NCBI RefSeq assembly: GCF_009914755.1
Contig: NC_060936.1
Length of the DNA: 64,000 bases
Reading direction: 5' to 3' (one strand)
DNA from: the human T2T-CHM13v2.0 reference genome, Homo sapiens
Shown: positions 57,180-64,000 of the stretch, piece after piece
Layout of the letters: each line of letters starts with the position of its first letter
Position numbering within the stretch: position 1 is the stretch's first letter
The notes under the pieces: generated by a model
Databases searched by the model: none
What the model saw: the letters and a program-made list of their open reading frames with translations, nothing else
Told to the model about the DNA's origin: nothing
Program-made: the position numbers and the translations under genes

Positions 57180-59412
57180 TTAAAAGGGAACATATTTAAT
57201 TTGCTTGGTTTCCAACAGATATAAGTAGTGCTCAGTGAAGCCCTAGCTCCCAGTGCACAAAACTAGGACATTGTTTTTGTTGGTTTTATTTAATTTGACT
57301 TTAGTGTCCTCACAATGAATTTTATTGCCCTGATAAATTACTCCTTTGTTTTCAAAGACAAATCCTTCCTATCATTCAGGTCTGTGTCAGTCTTTTCTAC
57401 TTAGAGCTTTGTGGTACATGCACAGATATTTATTCTTTCTACATAAGTGTAGGACTTTTTCCCTTATTTTTCTAGAAAATGTTTATATTTCTAAAGTTTG
57501 CTTTTGAATTCTTTTTTTAAAAAGCTATTTTAATTGTTTCACAGTGTGAAGCATTAGAATCACAGAACTGTAAGGAACATCATGGATGTTCCTTGTGATT
57601 GGGAAAGGAATGATCCACGGCAGTGAGTTTCATTGGGGATCCTACTCCTATGAAATTTGGCATACTGCTCAGGTCAGGTTCAGAAGGTGAATTCTTAAGG
57701 TAACTTTCACAGCATTGCCAGAAGAATTAGCTTTTGCTAAGTAGATACGACAGTCTTCATTCTGTTTTTTTCTTAGGCAGGTGGAACGTGATCTCTCTGT
57801 CTGCTGCTCATAGTTCCCTTGTGAGACTGGGGGGGATAATAGCAGGTCCAGGTGGGCAGAGTTCTGATTTCAGTGGTAGACTCCTATTGAGGCTGGGTGT
57901 TAGAGGGTGGAGGGCTTGGGACTTGAGTTCTTTATTCAGTTCTTGTAACTTAACTCTTGAGTAGATCAGTTAATCTTAGCTGTTTGCTGTTTTGGTGGGG
58001 GCGGGGGTCGGTGTTGCAAAATGATAGTGTTAAATGCCTTGCCTAACTTTGTAAGTTATCTAAGACTTATCAACACTATTTGAATTTTTCAGAGAAAAAA
58101 AACCCAGAAGGTGTTATCTCAGAGTTGTAATTAACCTGTTGCCTATTGCATAAACTTCGTGGTACATTAACAGTACCAGTAGCTGGTGATTCCCATGTCG
58201 TCTTCCATTGATTTTTCTAATAATATGAATTTTCATTCAATGTTTTTGCCATGTTTCTTCTGAAAGAATCACCCTGTGACCTGGGAGTTGAGGCGAAAAC
58301 TTTTGCTTTTACTTGTTATTTACTTTTTGAGTGGATCTGTTTAAATAAAAGGTATAACTAATGGCTTAATGTAAAGAAATTAATTGATTTGCCTGGATTT
58401 AATGAATAAATAACTTTAGACAGAGAAATAATGTTTGTCATTTTTGTCTTTTCTACATAATCATGTATGTTACTGAATGTCTGACCCTGGTAATACTGTA
58501 ATTAACATAGAGCTTATGAATCACATCATGTATTTAAAATTAAATTATGACTTCATTTTCTTGACTTTGATTAATCTCTCAGCGCCATTTATTTGAGCAT
58601 TAAGATTCACTTAAACTGTGGTTCTTTTGTTTTATTTTTAATAATCTTTTTTTGCCTTTTTAATGGTTGAATCATAACTTTAAATATATTAGTATTATTG
58701 ACTTTTAAAAAAGAAATTAGGAAATTGTTTATCTCCTTAACATAAGATTTTTAGTGTGATAGCTAAACGCAAATAATTGGCTCCTTGGGTTGGAACCAGA
58801 AAATTTCCCAACTTCATTCCCTTATCATTCTGCCACTAGTAAGTAAATTTTGAGCAGTGGAAAGACTTCCAAAGTGGGCTAGTATCAGTGAGGTAGGACA
58901 TGCGGTGAAGGTTACTGGGGGGTAATAGTGGCCGAGGGGAGTGGTGAAGTGGCATCTTACCCGGAGGAGGAAAAGTATTTTGTTCTAAAGTTTGGAAGAG
59001 GCAGGAAAGGGTAGGAAATGTTTTTTCTGACGGGCTTGTGCCACAAAGTTTGAGAACCAGGTCAGTAGAACCTGCAGCTCCTGCTAGTGCTTCAGTTGAA
59101 TAGTTACAGATAGATACCTCTTGACTCTGAAAACATCTGTCCCATGCCACACTGCTGACATCTTTCCTAACACCCCACTTTACCTGGCCTCCTCAGTGGT
59201 AACTTACTGAGTCCTTGAATCCTTGCTTCCCATTTTAATAGCAAGGTAACTGCTGACCCTTTCTTGAACTGTGGCTTTTTCCTGTTTTCTGGGCATTGAA
59301 TATATTCATATAGGACTAACATGAATATTTGAGTTCAGTTTGTTAGACTATGATTTTTGCGTAGTTTATTCTTATTTTTTGTTAGTATTCTTATACTAAC
59401 AATTATACATAG

Positions 59413-59711
<299 letters not shown>

Positions 59712-60128
59712 AGTATACATAGTATTCTTAATAGTTTATTTAATCTGTCCTTTCTGCTGAATATGTTGTTATCTATCATGTTGAAACACAAGCTGAGTTT
59801 TTGAGGATTTCTTATGTTTTAATATATACAGCTTTTAGAGATTTTCATTCTTTCTTAGAGGTCTGTACTATTTTGCTTCTTCAGGAGCTCAGTTGGATTA
59901 ATATTATTTCCAATTTGTAGAATTTTAGGTAATCAGAAATGCATGAATCTCCTTGGCTTTGACACTGAGTGATTGTATAACTTGAACAGTTTATCAGCTG
60001 GATAATACAGTTAATTTAATGAGTATGTACTATGTTCACAAGACTAGGAATTGTAAAGAAGTGGGGAAAACTCTGATTTCTAGCTTAAGTGATACCTAAA
60101 GAAGCAGAGTGGGGGGGTGTACACACCC

Positions 60129-60212
60129 ATATATATCTACATACATAAATATATATATATACACACACATACACATATATCTACATACATAAACATATAT
60201 ATATACACACAT
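60129..60212. repeat. TA/CA-rich simple repeat with 2 copies of a ~45-bp unit
   Basis: atatatctacatacataaa.atatatatatacacaca occurs twice. Confidence 0.85.
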
Positions 60213-61569
60213 AGTAAAATACTAAATTCCAAGCCTAGATCAGTCTTAAAATGGAAACATAGGACAATATGACACGAATTTGTATAATAATGCTAAGGAG
60301 ATGCCATTTAAAGTATAAAGTATACTTAAATGAGTTTTATAGCTTTATGTCACATCTCTGATAATTTGATATATTGTACCTGTCTTAGTTTTAGATGCAA
60401 ATTTCAAATTTTGCTGGATAGCTCTACAGAAATATGTATTGTCCTTACAAATTCAAAATACCCAAAACCTAACAATTGTTTTATTTATGGCAGAATCATA
60501 CTGAGAGGATGAATTGCTGATGATTGTAAATGTTTTGGACTTTTCAATCTGAATTTAAAAATGAAACGAGGTATATATTTGTTTAATATAATTCTTTTCT
60601 GAAATATAGTTATAAATCAGAAAGGTTTGGTTTATTATTTATCCAGTTAAAGGGGAGAGCATGGCAATTTAAGGATTTGTCAACTGAGAAAATAACACAT
60701 TTGAAGGAAGGGTTAGAAAAAGAGCACCTGCTGTGTTGTGTTCACTCTGTATATTCCCAAGCCTAGGAGTGGGAGATAATGTTAATCACAGCCTATTCAG
60801 GCCTATCTATGGGTCTGGGTTGTTTTGTTTTATTTTGTTTTGTTTTGTTTTTTTCCATAATCTAAGACAAGTTATTCAGATAGATAATTTATAAACCAGA
60901 ATCTGAAAATGGCTTGAAAAGTCTGCATTGTTTACTTTATGAATTCCTTCGTTTTGGTTTTGTTAGATTCCTTACATTCTTTTTATTAAAACCTGAGTTT
61001 GTAGGGTGGAGCATGTCTTCTTTCCTGATGAGATTCAGTCTATTTTGATTAACTTGTTTTTAGGGAGTAAAAGGCTTTGCTTAAGTGATAAGGTGTTAAG
61101 AAATGTGTCAGGATAATTTTATACTGTGCTGATTTTTTTTTCATTTCTAAGCTACATTAGATATTTTCTTTGCAATTTTCTGCCTCTTTTATAAGTATGA
61201 TTTACTTGAGCATTTCCTGTCCCTGAGCGTTTTTAAAATATTTATAAATTATTTCAATTAATTGTTTTATGAAACCACAAATTGTAGGTTAGAACAATAG
61301 CATTTTTTCTTGAGATAGTGTGTTGGGATATATTTAAGGGTTTTACAGTGTGATATCATATTCACAGTAGCATCAATTAGTGGTAAGATTTATTTCAGGA
61401 GTTTAAATCAATACTGCAGGGCTTTTCTGCAGTACTGCTTAAAATACTCGAATGCCAATTTTATTGCCTCTGGGATCACACTGACATTTTCTCATTAGTA
61501 TTGTGCCCATTCCCCCCCTAGTTAAGCATAAACTCTGTTTGTTTCCGTCCTGTACAATTAGTGCCTATA

Positions 61570-62118
61570 TTATTCGACAAACACACATGGTTCACCCATT
61601 CTGTGCCAGCCACTATGCTGAGGGGTTCCAGAGGTAATAGGACAATCAGAGGAGTAGCCAGATAACCACTTTGATATGAAACAAAACTACCTAATGCTTT
61701 GAAAGCACAGGGAGAGTGGCCACCTCCACACCAAAAAACTGGGGAAAGCTGCCTGTTGAAGGATGTGCAAAAATTAGCAGAGAAGAATGCAAAGCATTTA
61801 CCAAGGAAGGAGAGCAGCATATGCAGCTCAGAGATGCTTGGGAGAGTGATAGATTGAGAGAACAGAAATGTCTTGGCATAAGGGTAGAGGGGAACTGGGA
61901 GAGTTGCAAGATGATTAAGGGGTAGCACATCAGTAACCTGCGCAGAGTTTGGATTTTATCCTGAAGGCAGTGGAGAGCCGTTGGAGGATTCTGACCAGGG
62001 GAATGGAATCCAATTTTATTTGAAAAACATTTACCTCTAGCAGTAATCTGCAAAGTGGATGTGCAAGGAGGGAGACAGGATGGGAAGGCAGGGAGATCAG
62101 TTAGCAGGCAATTGCAGC
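61570..62118 (-). mobile_element. L2 fragment
   Basis: ttcgacaaacac...ctgtgccagccactatgctgaggg; gagtttggattttatcctgaaggcagtggagagccgttggagg. Confidence 0.8.
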
Positions 62119-62139
62119 ATGCAGCAGTTTTGTTCCTAA

Positions 62140-62572
62140 GTACAAGTGCTCAAAGCAGCGTTATTTGTAATAGACAAAAAACTGGAAATCCAATTGCCTA
62201 TCAGCAGTAGAATAGATGAATAAATTGTGGTTTGTTTATTCAATGGAAATCTCTACTGCAGAGAGAAAGAATGGACGATTGCTATGCACGGCAACGCAGA
62301 TGAAACTCAGCAAACATAATGTAACGCCAAAGAAACCAGACAACATTACATATGATGCAGTCCGTTTATAGAGTCCAAAAACAGGCAAAACTAGTCTGTG
62401 ATGATAAAGATCATAATAATAGTTGCCTTTGAGGGAGGGTGTTGGGACTAGGAGAGGGGCTTTTCTTGATCTTCGAGGTGATTAGACGAGTGTGTTCACT
62501 TTGTGAAAATTCATAACTTAAGATTTCTGAATTTTTCTGTATGTTATACTGCAATTAAAATGTTTCTTTAAA
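62140..62572 (+). mobile_element. L1ME 3' end
   Basis: gcagcgttatttgtaatagacaaaaaactggaaa...gtgtgttcactttgtgaaaattcat...tatgttatactgcaattaaaa. Confidence 0.8.
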
Positions 62573-64000
62573 AACCTAGTTATCTCAACTGCTAGGCATG
62601 AACACTGTCCCAATACTATTCCCAGTCCTCTTCTATCTAAATAGTCACTATTGCCATGCTGCTACTTCCTCCCACTTTGCAGCTCACTAAGGCAGGCTGG
62701 AGATTTTTGTGACTGCTGGAGTGATTTTTGCCAGTTTGCTTAACCCATTTCATTCCATGAGTTTCCTGGCAGAGATTCCACAAGCAATCTCTGCCAGGAT
62801 GACTGCTTGTAGCAGTGCTTGAGTTTTGGTTTTTACTGTGAAATTGTAGGACTTAAATATAAACACATAGTGGAAGTCAGATATATTAATGAAATGCAAA
62901 TATATTTATGTAAGCATAGCAAAAACTAGGGTTTTTCCCTCCTTAAGCATGAAGTTTATTTTGGAAAGTATGTTAGAATTTTATACAGTTAATTGATTCA
63001 GTAGCTGTACCCTACAGTTGAGCTGTTTATATTATCAATGTACTGTAGGTTAGGTTGTATAGCTCATTCATTCTGACTGCTGATGACTATGTCACATTCA
63101 TCTACACCTGGTGATGTACTTTCAATAAAGGACAGAGACCAGGCCTAAGCTCAATTCTATATGTAGAATACTGTAAAATAGAGTACCACTTTAATCAGTA
63201 TCACTGAAATTTACAATAAATATCAGGTATTTTGCCCTGGAATTTCACAATGCACATCTTAAACTTAGTATCTATCTTCTCCAGTAGTATGAAACACTCA
63301 TTAAACAGTATAGCGCCTCCTGGATTATTTAAAGCCCAAAACTTTCCCAATTAATTGCAGAGCAGCACACAGTATCTCTTTAAAGAGAATGACAACTATA
63401 GAGAGTATGAAGAATAAAGTATAGCTGTTTGGAACAAAAGCATTATTTGTTTTATTACAGTGAATAATGAGCCTCTCTTCAAATTTGGCTACACTGAAAG
63501 ATACCTGTTACTTTGAAATATCACCAAAGGATGTACCTATTTTTGCATTTCATCTAGGGACTTAATTATTTAATTGGCTTAGATTTTCTTCAGAAAACAA
63601 ATAGAACAATCAAAATTATTCTTAACCCTTAGAGATTAGGAAAAAACTAACTGCCTTTTCAAATTGTTTGAATGGACACTTTTTTTGTTCTCTATGAACT
63701 GAAATAGCCTTAATTTAACAAAGACTCATAGGGATCATGCATGATTGGTTTTACCAAATATTATTTTTGGCTTCCATATCCTTAAAGCATTTAATATTTT
63801 ATCAACTGAATAAGTATAGTAAAGAAATTTTAAGAAACATTAAAGTTTTCTGCTTTGCCTGCTGTGCTCATTAAATTTTAACATTGAAGTCCAATAGAAG
63901 TTTTATAGTCTAGCAGCCACTCTGACTCATGAGTCAGGGGCTCAAATTTTCCTTAATCTTACATATTTGTTTTATTACCGTTTCCTCACAAAATTATTTT

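Noticed and set aside
63305-63325. CTCF-like motif tagcgcctcctgg
   Set aside because: The 5' half of the core motif mismatches, making it too weak without data.

Overview
This window is primate (human-like) nuclear DNA, not microbial. It is AT-rich, CpG-depleted and dense in interspersed repeats: about 20 Alus, old L1M, L2, L3, MIR, MaLR/ERV LTRs and hAT/Tigger fossils. I find no credible protein-coding exon. The supplied ORFs are Alu/L1 read-throughs or chance ORFs. T-rich bias and the orientation of splice-like signals suggest the interior of a long intron of a + strand gene, which I cannot name. Repeat family names are from my memory of consensus sequences and need RepeatMasker/Dfam confirmation. 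I found no new multi-gene system. The most notable structures are: (1) a ~470-bp AT-cored inverted repeat resembling a miniature PATRR at 53808-54276; (2) a ~356-bp insertion at 17545-17900 with a perfect 22-bp flanking direct repeat, AATAAA and short A-tail, which looks like an orphan retrocopy built from L2/MIR sequence; (3) candidate recursive splice sites or microexons at 12299, 14417 and 32460; (4) a repeat-poor block at 11.3-16.9 kb with a candidate non-coding exon at 13610-13703.
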